A stretch of 54,757 nucleotides of DNA from Candidatus Pacearchaeota archaeon. GTDB lineage: Archaea > Nanobdellota > Nanobdellia > Pacearchaeales > GW2011-AR1. Positions 11,801-20,851 of this stretch are shown piece after piece. A program made the position numbers and the translations under genes. The notes below the pieces were generated by a model. The model saw only the letters and a list, made by a program, of their open reading frames with translations. It searched no databases and was not told the origin of the DNA. Every line of letters begins with the position of its first letter. Position 1 is the stretch's first letter. Location: positions 1 to 54,757 of the forward strand of contig JAFCFJ010000004.1 of NCBI GenBank assembly GCA_017608705.1. The letters run 5' to 3'.

Positions 11801-12116
11801 CAAGATATACAGGAGCAGAGTATGTTATGTTCCTCAATCTTGCTTCTGTTGGTGTTAGCAATGTTAGGCTGCCATCAGCCTCTTTTATGCTTGGCTCTCC
11901 AACTTCTATCCTGCCAAGCTCTAGATCTATTTCTTCGCGAGGGATATTCTTATTTATATCATCTACTATCTCTTGCATCCTTCGCTCGATGAAATCGTTG
12001 AAAGAACGAATATTCGATTCGACAAGTGAATGGCTAGCTAGATAATTCTCTACAAGTATGTGCCTCTTTTCTTTTCCAGAACGTTCCATTATGCGCTTAG
12101 CTGCTGGCTTTTCCAT
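8814..12116 (-). CDS. rpoB: RNA polymerase subunit B (unsplit)
   Basis: GGYFIING, CPIETPEG, GDKFSTSHGQKG, GGALRLGEME, C-terminal Zn ribbon. Confidence 0.98.
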   Translation of the reverse strand: MEKPAAKRIMERSGKEKRHILVENYLASHSLVESNIRSFNDFIERRMQEIVDDINKNIPREEIDLELGRIEVGEPSIKEADGSLTLLTPTEARLRNITYSAPVYLEITLRMDGQQETQRVEIGRIPIMVKSKVCPVSRMTKEEMIKAGIDPLDPGGYFIINGNERVMVLTEDLAENQPFIEKTAGKLQLRLFSQRGSYRIPITINEKTDGIIQITFSRFRNIPAIILLKALGLTKEADIAKYVGKKSDLLIVNLYEFANIATAEEAMLKIAELAGFHGTKKEILDRINQRLDAYFLPHIGTDKKDRIEKAITLCKMIKQFLIAKENPELVTDKDHYANKRVRLSGDMMASLFRVNLNSLVRDMIHSLQKYHRRGKVFGIKSIAKATLFSHRIESAIATGNWVGERTGVTQNMDKTNYLAVMSQLQRVTSMLSGQQENFLARTLHPTHYGRFCPIETPEGTEIGLRKNLALLAKISTAVVFDEANFIELLSELGAETGENKHEGKTDIFYNGKFIGSTNEAERLVSELRKRRRKGELPGEMSIRYDDTYDIIYISTEVGRVMRPLIIVENGKPKLTDEHLRLVEEGKLNWEDLVKEGIIEYIDAAEEENCLVAVYEHELTNEHTHLEIDTIAFLGLVTSLVPYANHDQSSRLNRGSKTQKQALGLYAANFLSRIDTDVSILHYPQKPIVRSFVYDYLDFYPAGQNMVVAIMTLDGYNIEDAIILNKGSVDRGLARSTYFRPYSTVERSYPGGLKDSICVPDKDTTGYRTEQNYRFLEEDGIAYPEAELREGEVVIGKVSPPKFLSEAREITIRTKKEASEVIRQEEKGIVDAVFITEDSEGNKVVHVRTRDLRIPELGDKFSTSHGQKGVVGYIVPEENMPFSARGIKPDIIFNPHGIPSRMTVGYLIELLAGKVGCLSGKIIDGTPFSGQTIEELEQQLKELGFRYDGKETFYNGITGEALEAKIYVGNMYYLKLKYMVSNKIHARASGKVTLLTRQPVEGRAHGGALRLGEMEQQALVAHGASLLLKERYDSDKVIVHVCMECGALGIKDHIRNKLYCPLCGSKKIEPVELSYAFKLLVDELQSMHILTKFELKNKYEE

Positions 12117-12124
12117 TTGAAAAT

Positions 12125-12325
12125 TCAGTCAGGAACAACAACCCTGTAATAAACACCTTCTTCCCGCTCTATTTTGATCACATCACCAACCTTACAGTCT
12201 TTTGGTAAGGCGGGATCGCTGATTTTTATTTTTGGGAGCTGACTCTTGCTTACATTTAGCTTCTCAAGCAACTCAGAAATTTCTTTCTCGCTTAGCTTAG
12301 TATGTTTGGGCTGTAGGATATGCAT
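12125..12325 (-). CDS. rpoH: RNA polymerase subunit H (Rpo5)
   Basis: HILQPKH, QLPKI..SDP, GDVIKIER..YYRVV. Confidence 0.96.
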   Translation of the reverse strand: MHILQPKHTKLSEKEISELLEKLNVSKSQLPKIKISDPALPKDCKVGDVIKIEREEGVYYRVVVPD

Positions 12326-12450
12326 TTTTTAGGCGTGTGAGATACTCACGAAAGAGCAAAAATCACTTTAACAACTTGGCGATACTAAATTCTTAATATT
12401 TGCGTTTTTAAATCTTTCGCTTCTGTGCTTAGAGTTTCCTGCTCTTGCGG

Positions 12451-12720
12451 TTATATCCAGTATTTCATCTCTTTGATGCATAAATCTACCTCTTCATTAA
12501 CTGCACATTCAATCCCGTGTTTGCCAACATAACATATACAATTCTCAATGTTCTCTGGCCTTCCCGCGCAACACTCTTTGCCCCAGATGTAGGGACACCG
12601 CCATTCTCCGTTCCAGAAATAGGGTCTTTTTTCGACACGTCTTATGAGTTCTTCTTCTAGCGCTTTTATAATCTCTTTTTTGTCTACGGTTTGTAGCTTA
12701 ACACTTGACATCACTATCAA
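12451..12720 (-). CDS. Small Cys-rich hypothetical protein
   Basis: 89-aa ORF with 7 Cys and an upstream TATA-like element (tttataa on minus, about 12736-12742); no recognisable family. Confidence 0.5.
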   Translation of the reverse strand: MIVMSSVKLQTVDKKEIIKALEEELIRRVEKRPYFWNGEWRCPYIWGKECCAGRPENIENCICYVGKHGIECAVNEEVDLCIKEMKYWI

Positions 12721-12799
12721 CGGTAATTTATTGCTTATAAAATTTCTTGTTGTTTCGTTGTTTCATAAAGTAGCAACAGAAAAATTTTCCATGTGGCAA

Positions 12800-12873
12800 T
12801 GGCCCCGACGGGATTCGAACCCGCGACACCTGGCTTAAAAGGCCAGTGCTCTACCAGGCTGAGCTACGGGGCC
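12800..12873 (-). tRNA. tRNA-Lys (anticodon UUU), intronless, CCA not encoded
   Basis: Reverse complement GGCCCCGTAGCTCAGCCTGGTAGAGCACTGGCCTTTTAAGCCAGGTGTCGCGGGTTCGAATCCCGTCGGGGCCA folds into a cloverleaf; anticodon loop CT-TTT-AA. Confidence 0.97.
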
Positions 12874-12911
12874 TCTGAGCAACATAGAGAAAGAGTTTTT
12901 TAAATTTTTCA

Positions 12912-13241
12912 TTAAGCCTCAATCTCTCTGAGTTTCTCTTCTATACTCTCTGCAGAGACCGCGCCAACAATTCTCTCGGCTTCCTTCCCGTTTTTGAATA
13001 TCACAAGAGTGGGAACGGACATGATTTTGAACTTAGTTGCAAGTTCTGGCACATCTTCTGCATTTACCTTGCCAAATTTTATCTTACCTTTGTGTTTCTC
13101 AGCCAGTTCATCAAGCACAGGAGAAAGCATGACACATGGCATACACCAGTCGGTGAAGAAATCTATCACCACGATACCATTCGCAACAAACTTTTCGAAT
13201 TCCTGGATTGATGCTATCTCTTCCACCTTTTCGTTCTCCAT
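12912..13241 (-). CDS. trxA: Thioredoxin
   Basis: DFFTDWCMPC active site, IMSVPTLVIFKNG. Confidence 0.95.
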   Translation of the reverse strand: MENEKVEEIASIQEFEKFVANGIVVIDFFTDWCMPCVMLSPVLDELAEKHKGKIKFGKVNAEDVPELATKFKIMSVPTLVIFKNGKEAERIVGAVSAESIEEKLREIEA

Positions 13242-13337
13242 TTTTCCTCAACACTATCCACTCCATAATCTCTACAAAGTGTGCAAAATCTATCTTAATA
13301 AAGATTTCGATATTCTGATGTTAAGAAAAATTCTTAG

Positions 13338-16300
13338 CTATTTTTTCTTCCTGTATTCTTTCAGAATATTCGTGTACACTCTTGGGCTGATAAGCTTATA
13401 CTTTCCATTCTCCACCCTTGTAGATTCTTTGACGTAAATGTTCCCATCTTGGATCACAAGGCTCGGCACAATATCAAGCGGTATGTTATGCCATGCAGCA
13501 ATAACTCGTGCATCTTTGTCATTTTCTATATCATAGAATTTCAGCTCAATATTATCTATTCCAAGAGATTTTACATGTCTTTCTATATTCTCATAGAGAT
13601 TATGGCAAAAGCCGCACCCTTCTTTACCAAATACCATAATTTCAAGTTTTCCATCTTTTGGTTTTGGCACCTCGTGAATCCAGTCAATTTCTGAAGAGAA
13701 ATTTGCATAATAATCTGTTGCCTTACTTCTGTCTATTCTCTCCTGTTGTTTTGATTTGTTCCAGTCTTCTACCTTGCTATAATAGCCCACTATTCGTGTT
13801 ATGTGTGAAACATTCTCAGAGCCACAATAGCTACATTTCTCTTTGAAGCCAAGCTCATGCTTGCCGCAGTCGTCACATTCTGTAAATTCTGGCGAAATCG
13901 TTACTTGTGCTGCCTGTGTTTTCCTGTAAATTTTTTCGATAAAGTTCATTATAGCCTCTGCTGATGGAAGTTTCTCTCCAACATAAGCGTGGATTATGGC
14001 ACCGCTTTCTATCATGCTGTGAAATCTTGACTGCCCCACGACCCTCTCGAGCATGCTCACAGGTGCATCAGCTCGGAAGTGGATGGAATTTGTATAATAA
14101 GGCGCATCTTTTGTTCCCTTTACAACCTCTCTCGCCTCGGGGAAATTCTTCAAATCTATTTTTGCGAGCCGTCTTGTCGCAGACTCAGCAGGTGTTTCTT
14201 CAAGCGCAAATTTGAGCCCACTCCTTTTTTTGAACTCGTGGATCTTGCCATACATATGTGATATTATCTTAAGGCCTAGCTCATAACTTTCCTTACTTTC
14301 GTGAAGCTCTTTTCCTGTCAATACCAGTACCGCCTCGTTCAAACCTATTAATCCGATAATATACGTGGCCTTTTCAAGATCAAGATAAGGCGTGCCATCA
14401 TCTGAAGGCTGCCCCAAATTATAGAGTGGTGAGCCCTCGGTTTCGAGCAACCTCTGGATATATTCTTTTTTCTCCATATGTGCCTTGAATGCTATTTCCA
14501 TCGCTTCATCGATGTTCTTCAGTGTTTCCTCTATCTTTTCCTCTAAGCTTTTTGCTTTTCTTTTGGCACGATATGCTGCCTGCGCTAAGTTGATAGTTAC
14601 ATTCTGGAAACCCGTGAATCTTATTCTCTCAGGATGTTTTAGCATGTCTTTATCCTCGATTTTTTCTCTTAGCCTGCAACACTGGGAAAGTATCGCGCTA
14701 TCTCCTCTATCGAATATGAAGTAAGTTGAGCCGTTGACGCTTGCAAGCTCGCATGCTTTTTCAAACACACGCCTTGCTTCTTCATCATTGAACACGCTTT
14801 CATCAACGTGAAAGTCGCATTTTGGGAAATGGAATGGCCTACCATGCTTATCGCCATCCTCCCATACCTGCATCAATGCAATAGCAAATCTTCTTGCAGT
14901 TTCTTCAAAATCTGCATATGTAAGTATTCTACTTCCATCGCTTGGTTGTACAACATCACCGTTACGCGGATCATCAGGATTTTTCTCATTATAGAAACGC
15001 TGTATTTCATCTTCGTCTATAAATTCGATTGTTCCGTCTGGAAGCAGCTTCATGTATTTACCGCCGGGCCCTACAGCCGGCACATTTCTCATGTATGCAG
15101 GAACACTCGCATGTATGTTAAAATCGAGGAAAAGGGTCTGGCCACCACGCGAAAAAGCATTCTGGGCACCAGAAAATATGAGGCGTTGCGCTTCCTGATA
15201 AAGTTCTTTATCTGTTGGTTTCCACAACATGACTTTTTCCTCTTTCTTTATGAACACAGGCTTTCCCTCTGCCTCATATTTTTTTGCTTCCTCTTCATTC
15301 TCAGCCATGTATAGGCTTTCATTTTCAATGAGGGCCTCAAGATCCTTTTTCCTTAACATAGTATCTCTTCCATCAAGTTTGCCTATTACCACTTTTTCAG
15401 GTTTTTCAAGCAACGGTGAGTAGAAAATGTTTAGATAGCCGATTCCTAGAGCACCTGCCCAATATGCTTGGATGCTTGCCAGCATTGTTTGCAACTGTCC
15501 TGTTAGCACATCAGCAGACTTTGGCGGTGCGGACTTTGCTTGTAAATTCGGGACTATTTTGTTCAGTCCATATTTTTTCAAATACTCAAGAGAATGACTC
15601 GAACAATAAACTCTGTCTGGATAGCCAAGGTCGTGAACATGTATCATTGCCTCTAGATGCGCCTTTGCCACTTCCTCGCTGAACACTGTATTGAGGGCAT
15701 ACTTCTTAAGAATTGTTTCAGCAATCCCGAGATTGACAGCTTCTGGATTATTTACAGCTATGTTTGAGTTTTCCTGATTTTTCGAGAAAATCAGCCTCTC
15801 TATCGCGTCATTTTCTATCGATTGCTTTGTTTCGCGTGGCTTCAAACCATAGGTGATAAGGACAGTTTTCATTAAGCTTTCTATTATTTCCTCTGGCAAT
15901 ATCAGCGATTTTCCTTCAGGCCTATTTTCTAATATGGCAACAAGATAGTTCTCAACTTCTTTCGTTACAGTAGTTGCAAATTCTGGCGTGAGTCCTTCAT
16001 TTTCGATGAGTTTTTTCTCAAGCTCGTTTCTGTTCCAAGGCACAAGTTCTTCATTATCACTTGTGATGAGTAAAGCATAATCGGTAGTGTCTGTCAAGCC
16101 GTTACCTTTTATCAATAAGTTTCTCACGGCTTTGCGTTTCTCGTTATAACTCTTGTACGAAGCATATGTAGTTTCATGTCCCGTTTCCTTCAACACGTTG
16201 AGCACCTCATTATCAATTTCCTCCACACTAATTATTTCCTTTCCTTCCTCATATACTCTCTGCCTTATTCTTTCTTCAACTTTTCTCGCTAGCTCTTCCG

Positions 16301-16442
16301 CCAGCTCACGATTACGGCCACCAACACGTCTTGCAGCTTTGAATATTGCCTCAGCAATTTTTGTTCTGTTCCATGGCTCTTTGCTTCCATCACGCTTTTT
16401 TACAACTATATTCAGTATATCTTCGAGCATTTTTTGTTTCAT
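13338..16442 (-). CDS. nrdD: Class III anaerobic ribonucleotide reductase with N-terminal ATP cone(s) and C-terminal thioredoxin/glutaredoxin-like domain
   Basis: VVKKRDG ATP cone, IHVHDL, YCSSH, SQCCRL finger loop, ETPAES, CDDC..CSYC Zn site, RIVGYY glycyl-radical motif, then [13 protein letters not shown]. Confidence 0.95.
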   Translation of the reverse strand: MKQKMLEDILNIVVKKRDGSKEPWNRTKIAEAIFKAARRVGGRNRELAEELARKVEERIRQRVYEEGKEIISVEEIDNEVLNVLKETGHETTYASYKSYNEKRKAVRNLLIKGNGLTDTTDYALLITSDNEELVPWNRNELEKKLIENEGLTPEFATTVTKEVENYLVAILENRPEGKSLILPEEIIESLMKTVLITYGLKPRETKQSIENDAIERLIFSKNQENSNIAVNNPEAVNLGIAETILKKYALNTVFSEEVAKAHLEAMIHVHDLGYPDRVYCSSHSLEYLKKYGLNKIVPNLQAKSAPPKSADVLTGQLQTMLASIQAYWAGALGIGYLNIFYSPLLEKPEKVVIGKLDGRDTMLRKKDLEALIENESLYMAENEEEAKKYEAEGKPVFIKKEEKVMLWKPTDKELYQEAQRLIFSGAQNAFSRGGQTLFLDFNIHASVPAYMRNVPAVGPGGKYMKLLPDGTIEFIDEDEIQRFYNEKNPDDPRNGDVVQPSDGSRILTYADFEETARRFAIALMQVWEDGDKHGRPFHFPKCDFHVDESVFNDEEARRVFEKACELASVNGSTYFIFDRGDSAILSQCCRLREKIEDKDMLKHPERIRFTGFQNVTINLAQAAYRAKRKAKSLEEKIEETLKNIDEAMEIAFKAHMEKKEYIQRLLETEGSPLYNLGQPSDDGTPYLDLEKATYIIGLIGLNEAVLVLTGKELHESKESYELGLKIISHMYGKIHEFKKRSGLKFALEETPAESATRRLAKIDLKNFPEAREVVKGTKDAPYYTNSIHFRADAPVSMLERVVGQSRFHSMIESGAIIHAYVGEKLPSAEAIMNFIEKIYRKTQAAQVTISPEFTECDDCGKHELGFKEKCSYCGSENVSHITRIVGYYSKVEDWNKSKQQERIDRSKATDYYANFSSEIDWIHEVPKPKDGKLEIMVFGKEGCGFCHNLYENIERHVKSLGIDNIELKFYDIENDKDARVIAAWHNIPLDIVPSLVIQDGNIYVKESTRVENGKYKLISPRVYTNILKEYRKKK

Positions 16443-16927
16443 TTTTGTTTATATTGTTTATATTTTTTAGTTGTTCTGGTTTTTTTGTTTGCAAGCCTTT
16501 TTAGCTCCTCTTTGAATTCATTAATATCTGCAAATTCGCGGTACACTGAGGCGAACCTTATATATGCGACCTTATCTAGTTTCTTGAGCTTACGCATTAC
16601 CAGTTCACCTATCGCTTTACTTTTGATTTCTTTTTTTCCTTTCTTCCTTAGCTCTTCAACAATCTCATCAACGAGCTTTTCTATTTTTTCTATGCTGATC
16701 GGCCTCTTCTCACAAGCTTTCTCTATGCCTGCTTTAAGCTTTTCTCTGCTGAATCTTTCACGTCTGCCATCCTTCTTTATTACGGAAAATTCTGCTGGCT
16801 CTATTCTCTCATATGTAGTATACCTTTTTCCACATCCGAGACATTCACGCCTTCTCCTAATGCCTCTTGATGTGTTTCGCTTATCCACGACCTTGCTTTC
16901 TTCTTTCCCACAGTACGGACATCTCAT
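16439..16927 (-). CDS. nrdR: Transcriptional repressor NrdR
   Basis: MRCPYC..IRRRREC..C..RYTTYE Zn ribbon, ATP cone [21 protein letters not shown]; ATGA overlap with nrdD. Confidence 0.97.
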   Translation of the reverse strand: MRCPYCGKEESKVVDKRNTSRGIRRRRECLGCGKRYTTYERIEPAEFSVIKKDGRRERFSREKLKAGIEKACEKRPISIEKIEKLVDEIVEELRKKGKKEIKSKAIGELVMRKLKKLDKVAYIRFASVYREFADINEFKEELKRLANKKTRTTKKYKQYKQK

Positions 16928-16934
16928 TATTTTA

Positions 16935-16982
16935 CCACAATATCTTGTGGTTCCTCTTTGTTATTATCACAATTTATTGTGT
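16935..16982 (-). promoter_or_regulatory. Tandem NrdR boxes (16935-16950 and 16967-16982), 32 bp apart
   Basis: CCACAATATCTTGTGG and TCACAATTTATTGTGT match the NrdR-box consensus acaCwAtATaTwGtg. They lie between a minus-strand TATA (TTTATATA, 17009-17016) and the nrdR start. Confidence 0.9.
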
Positions 16983-17121
16983 CAGCGGAAATTTGGGAGC
17001 GAATAGCATATATAAATATTTCTGTAATACAGAATATTTTTTTGATTTTTCTCAAACGGAGAATGAAATTTCATTTACTACTTTCTCATGTTAATACAAA
17101 TTTTATAAATATCTGTGAGCT

Positions 17122-17736
17122 ATGAATATCATGTTAGGGCTGTTCATTGTTCTTGAAGGTATAGATGGAAGCGGTAAGACAACACAAGCAAAAAAACTTG
17201 TTAACTTTCTTAGATCGCGTGGAAGGAGAGTTTGGCTAACACGAGAACCGACAGACGGCAGTATCGGTAGAGAAATAAGGAGACACTTACAGGCAAAGGA
17301 TATCGATAATGAAAGCTTGCAAAAACTTTTTTTGCAAGACCGCAGAGAGCATGTTAGGGAAATAAATTCTAAGCTTAGAGAAGGCTATGATGTTGTTTGC
17401 GACCGCTACACTCTTTCGACCATAGCCTATGGAAGTCTTAACATAGCCATTGAAAAGCTAAAAAAGCTTAACAAAGAATTTCTCAAGCCAGATATAACGA
17501 TAATAATAGATGTGGAGCCAGAAATTGCGTTCCGCAGAATAACAAGAGCGAGAAGCAGGAATGAATATTTCGACACGTTGTCAAAGCTAGCAAGAGTGAG
17601 GCAAGCTTACCTATCGCTCCAGGATTTCTATCCTAACACTTTTTTGGTGGACGGCAGCAAAAGCATAGAAGAATGCTGGGAGGAAATAAGGCGAATAGTT
17701 CAGAATTTTTTGCAACCTGCTTCATGTTGTAATTAA
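17122..17736 (+). CDS. tmk: Thymidylate kinase
   Basis: FIVLEGIDGSGKTT, TREP, VCDRY..S.IAY, KPD. Confidence 0.96.
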   Translation: MNIMLGLFIVLEGIDGSGKTTQAKKLVNFLRSRGRRVWLTREPTDGSIGREIRRHLQAKDIDNESLQKLFLQDRREHVREINSKLREGYDVVCDRYTLSTIAYGSLNIAIEKLKKLNKEFLKPDITIIIDVEPEIAFRRITRARSRNEYFDTLSKLARVRQAYLSLQDFYPNTFLVDGSKSIEECWEEIRRIVQNFLQPASCCN

Positions 17737-17817
17737 GAGAAGGAAAAAATTTAAATACGCGAATGCATATATAATAATAGATATAATTAAAAATATATTT
17801 TATGGCTAGATGGTAAA

Positions 17818-18270
17818 ATGGCAAGCATATTTGATGAGATCAGGCGCATGCAACGCGAGATGGAAAGGCTTTTCGATAGACTTAGCAGAGTCAGCTTGCG
17901 ATTTCCAGAATTTGACCTTGACGTTGAGACAGAGATTCCTGCAGAGGCGCGAGAGCCTTTTGCAGAAATGCAGGAGACAGAGAGCGAGGTTATAGTAAGG
18001 CTAGAGATGCCTGGTTTGAGCAAGGAAGATATTCAGCTTGTAGCAACAGCAGACACGCTAGAGGTAAAAGCTGTGAAGAAGCATGAGGCAACGATCGAGA
18101 AAGAAGGCATGATGAGAGCAGAAAAAGCCTACAGAAGTTTTTACCGCAAGCTAAGACTACCTTGCAAGGTGAAGCCAGAAGAAGCAAAAGCAAGGTATGA
18201 GGCAGGTATCCTTGAAGTGAGACTGCCTAAGGCAGAGGAAAGCAAGGGTAATGAGATAGATATAGAGTAA
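17818..18270 (+). CDS. Small heat shock protein Hsp20
   Basis: EMPGLSKEDI, FYRKLRLP, ARYEAGILEVRLPK, C-terminal IDIE (IXI). Confidence 0.95.
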   Translation: MASIFDEIRRMQREMERLFDRLSRVSLRFPEFDLDVETEIPAEAREPFAEMQETESEVIVRLEMPGLSKEDIQLVATADTLEVKAVKKHEATIEKEGMMRAEKAYRSFYRKLRLPCKVKPEEAKARYEAGILEVRLPKAEESKGNEIDIE

Positions 18271-18411
18271 ATTCGTTTTATTTTTTCTTTTTTATTTTGA
18301 AATCACAACTGAAATAGAGGTTAGAAAGATAGAAAAGATAAAACACGGGCCGGAATATCTTTGGGAATCTGAACCTCTTTTGTAATCTTTTTTAGTAATC
18401 AGCGATATTGG

Positions 18412-19428
18412 TTATGGTAGAAATTCTGGGCCAAGCTCTTCCAGCATGTCTCGGTGCGAGTTGAAGTAATCACGAGCTTTTTTCAGTATCTTTATAAGAT
18501 ATTCAGCAACAGCATTTTTCAAGTCGAGAGGGTGAAGTTTCTTTTCTGAGAACAATGTTTCGAGCTCTTCGTAATTGTTTAGCTCGAGAGTTCCACCGTA
18601 TTTTGGTTCGCGCTCTATTTTCATCTTGCCTTCTGCAGGAAAGATTATGAAGCGGGCCAGCTGTAATATTGGATTATCCTCTGCTATGCCCTCAGGACAA
18701 TAGGCTTTTCTTATCTTTTCCCTTATACCCTCCTCTGAATCATAAACCTTTATATGTGTCTTTGGCAAGCTTGCGCTCATTTTTGTCCCTGGCCCTTGCA
18801 AGCTCGCAACAAGAGGTGTCATAATTTCGACACGTTTCTTGTAACCGAGCATTGGCAAGAGCTCGCGTGCGAGAGCCATTATGTGTCTCTGGTCTATACC
18901 ACCGAGCTGTATATCAACATCAAGATATTGCTCGTCAAGAGCCTGCATTACAGGATAAATCAACTCGCTTACTTTCGGATTCTTCATTCTTGTTACCTCT
19001 GAGGCAGCACGCATAGCTCTCTTTACCGTAGTGATAGTTGAGCCACGCAGAACATCAAGCACATAATTTTTGTTCAGCTGGAACTCGCTTCCTCTTACGA
19101 ATTTTGGTTTCTTTTCCCATGGTAGTGCAAGCTCTATACATTTCTTAACATATTCAGCTTTTTTGTCAAGCACTTCCCATCTAGTTTTCAGGTCATCGAG
19201 CGCAGCGTGAAGATCAGCGATCAATATCTTTGTTTCTATGCCAGCCTTTTCAAAATCTAGAATCTTGCTGAATGGAATGAAATATCCAAGATGCACCGGT
19301 CCTGTTGGTGCAATTCCACAATAAGCTTTTGGATGCTGTTTTTCTTCCAGCAAAGCATGCAACTCTTCCTTCGTTATGATTTCCGCAGTATTTCTTGTTA
19401 CGAGCTCAAACCTTTGCTTAGCATCCAT
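18412..19428 (-). CDS. tyrS: Tyrosyl-tRNA synthetase (archaeal type)
   Basis: YCGIAPTGPVHLGY, ADLHA, YPVMQALD, GGIDQR, KMSAS, LHPLDLK. Confidence 0.96.
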   Translation of the reverse strand: MDAKQRFELVTRNTAEIITKEELHALLEEKQHPKAYCGIAPTGPVHLGYFIPFSKILDFEKAGIETKILIADLHAALDDLKTRWEVLDKKAEYVKKCIELALPWEKKPKFVRGSEFQLNKNYVLDVLRGSTITTVKRAMRAASEVTRMKNPKVSELIYPVMQALDEQYLDVDIQLGGIDQRHIMALARELLPMLGYKKRVEIMTPLVASLQGPGTKMSASLPKTHIKVYDSEEGIREKIRKAYCPEGIAEDNPILQLARFIIFPAEGKMKIEREPKYGGTLELNNYEELETLFSEKKLHPLDLKNAVAEYLIKILKKARDYFNSHRDMLEELGPEFLP

Positions 19429-19512
19429 GGTTTTTTCATGCTACGCTAGTTTAATAATTTTACTGAGAAACAAAAAACAAATATTTAAAAACCGCCGGTT
19501 ATTGGTTAGGGC

Positions 19513-19785
19513 ATGACAGCAGAAATAGCAAATATGGCCTCATTGCTTGGAATTTCTCCTGCCTTGCTTGTGCTTGTCCTAGTATGGAGTCTTGCATGGA
19601 AAGGCATAGCGTTATGGAAAGCAGCAAGGAAAGGACATCTTGTGTGGTTTGTAGTGCTGTTGCTTGTGAATACAGTAGGCATTCTCGAAATCTTGTACGT
19701 GTTCCTGTTTTCAGAGCTGAAAATTTCTTACGAAGCAAACGTTCGCAAGAGTGGAGTGCGGAGAAAAAGAAAAAGCAAGAAATAG
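19513..19785 (+). CDS. Small membrane protein (DUF5652-like)
   Basis: WSLAWKGIALWKAAR..WFVVLLLVNTVGILEILY pattern. Confidence 0.75.
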   Translation: MTAEIANMASLLGISPALLVLVLVWSLAWKGIALWKAARKGHLVWFVVLLLVNTVGILEILYVFLFSELKISYEANVRKSGVRRKRKSKK

Positions 19786-19888
19786 ACCACACAATAGAAT
19801 TCTAAACACAAGAGTATGTGAAAAGCTATTTTTCGACTTATATTTTTTCATACAGAAATTAGTTTAAATAAGCCTACGAGATATTTTC

Positions 19889-20851
19889 ATGGCAGCTGTG
19901 CCAAAGTGGAGTGCTACCAAGATAAAGATAGCAAGCGAGTGCTTACAGAAATATAAGCTTATTTATGTTGATAAAATAAAACCGGTGACGAAAGCTGACA
20001 TAGCTCTTGGGCTTTTTCTCCATAGGGCAATAGAGAAGATATTCAAAGATGGTAAGCTAAGATACAAAAGTGCCGAGAGCTATGCGAATGCTATGGGCGC
20101 ACAATGGGTAGTAACTGTTGTAAAGCCGGGGATGATTCAGGGAAGAAAAATTGAATGGAAGGATGACAAGGAACCGTGGATATTAAAGCATAAAATAAAG
20201 GAGATTTGTAAAAATATTCATGAGAGATACGCGAGGGAATATGAAGAAGGTATTATGCCTCTTGCTCAAGAAGTGCATTTCGAGTTTGAATTTGGGGGCA
20301 GACGTTTTGAGGGCTATATCGATGAGATCAGGCCTCAAGCAACGATACGGGACCATAAATCAACAGAATTCGTGCCAAATGAAATAGCACTTGAATATGA
20401 TCCACAGTTTACACTTTACGCCCTTGCTATAGCAGTGATTTGTTGCCATAACAGTGAATTTGCACAAGTAGTAGGTGTAAGCGAAAGGAATAATACGAAA
20501 CCCTTAGATTTACTTGAAATAATAAATCTAGAATACTACAGTTTGCAAGATAACGAAGTGATCAATGTTGCGAGGAGAACACCAAAACATTATCATGCCT
20601 TAGTTGACATGCTCCAGGGCTTGGAGAAAAATATTATCGATGGAAATTTTTATCCAAGATATGGTTCGCATTGCAAATATTGTCAGGTTGCTCATGCATG
20701 CCTGCCACGTCAGCAAGAATATGAGAAGCAAATCTTTCTCTACGATATTCCGGTGCTAGGCACAAGGAATAAAGAGCCAGGAGAAAAACAGCTGAGACTG
20801 AAGTTTCCAAGGAAGAAAGCCAAGAGAGCGGGAGAGAAAGTTAGGGCTTAG
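19889..20851 (+). CDS. PD-(D/E)XK nuclease, Cas4/AddB/RecB-like with putative Fe-S staple
   Basis: S.TKI..SEC, G..LH..IE, QE..F, GYIDEI, DHKST, Q..LYA, C-terminal CKYCQVAHAC. Confidence 0.85.
   Translation: MAAVPKWSATKIKIASECLQKYKLIYVDKIKPVTKADIALGLFLHRAIEKIFKDGKLRYKSAESYANAMGAQWVVTVVKPGMIQGRKIEWKDDKEPWILKHKIKEICKNIHERYAREYEEGIMPLAQEVHFEFEFGGRRFEGYIDEIRPQATIRDHKSTEFVPNEIALEYDPQFTLYALAIAVICCHNSEFAQVVGVSERNNTKPLDLLEIINLEYYSLQDNEVINVARRTPKHYHALVDMLQGLEKNIIDGNFYPRYGSHCKYCQVAHACLPRQQEYEKQIFLYDIPVLGTRNKEPGEKQLRLKFPRKKAKRAGEKVRA

Noticed and set aside
12451-12873. Element integrated at tRNA-Lys
   Set aside because: No integrase and no duplicated tRNA 3' end found; only one small ORF lies between the tRNA and rpoH
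5309-16442. Inteins in RpoA, RpoB or NrdD
   Set aside because: No C/S...HN-C/S/T splice motifs or LAGLIDADG blocks seen; RNAP subunits are compact and the NrdD inserts are short
18316-18378. Imperfect hairpin (AGAGGTT/AACCTCT enclosing AAAGATA/TATCTTT) between hsp20 and tyrS
   Set aside because: Short stems in a low-complexity spacer between convergent genes; at most a terminator, with no ncRNA hallmark
19889-20851. CRISPR-Cas locus
   Set aside because: No repeat-spacer array or other cas genes seen anywhere in the window
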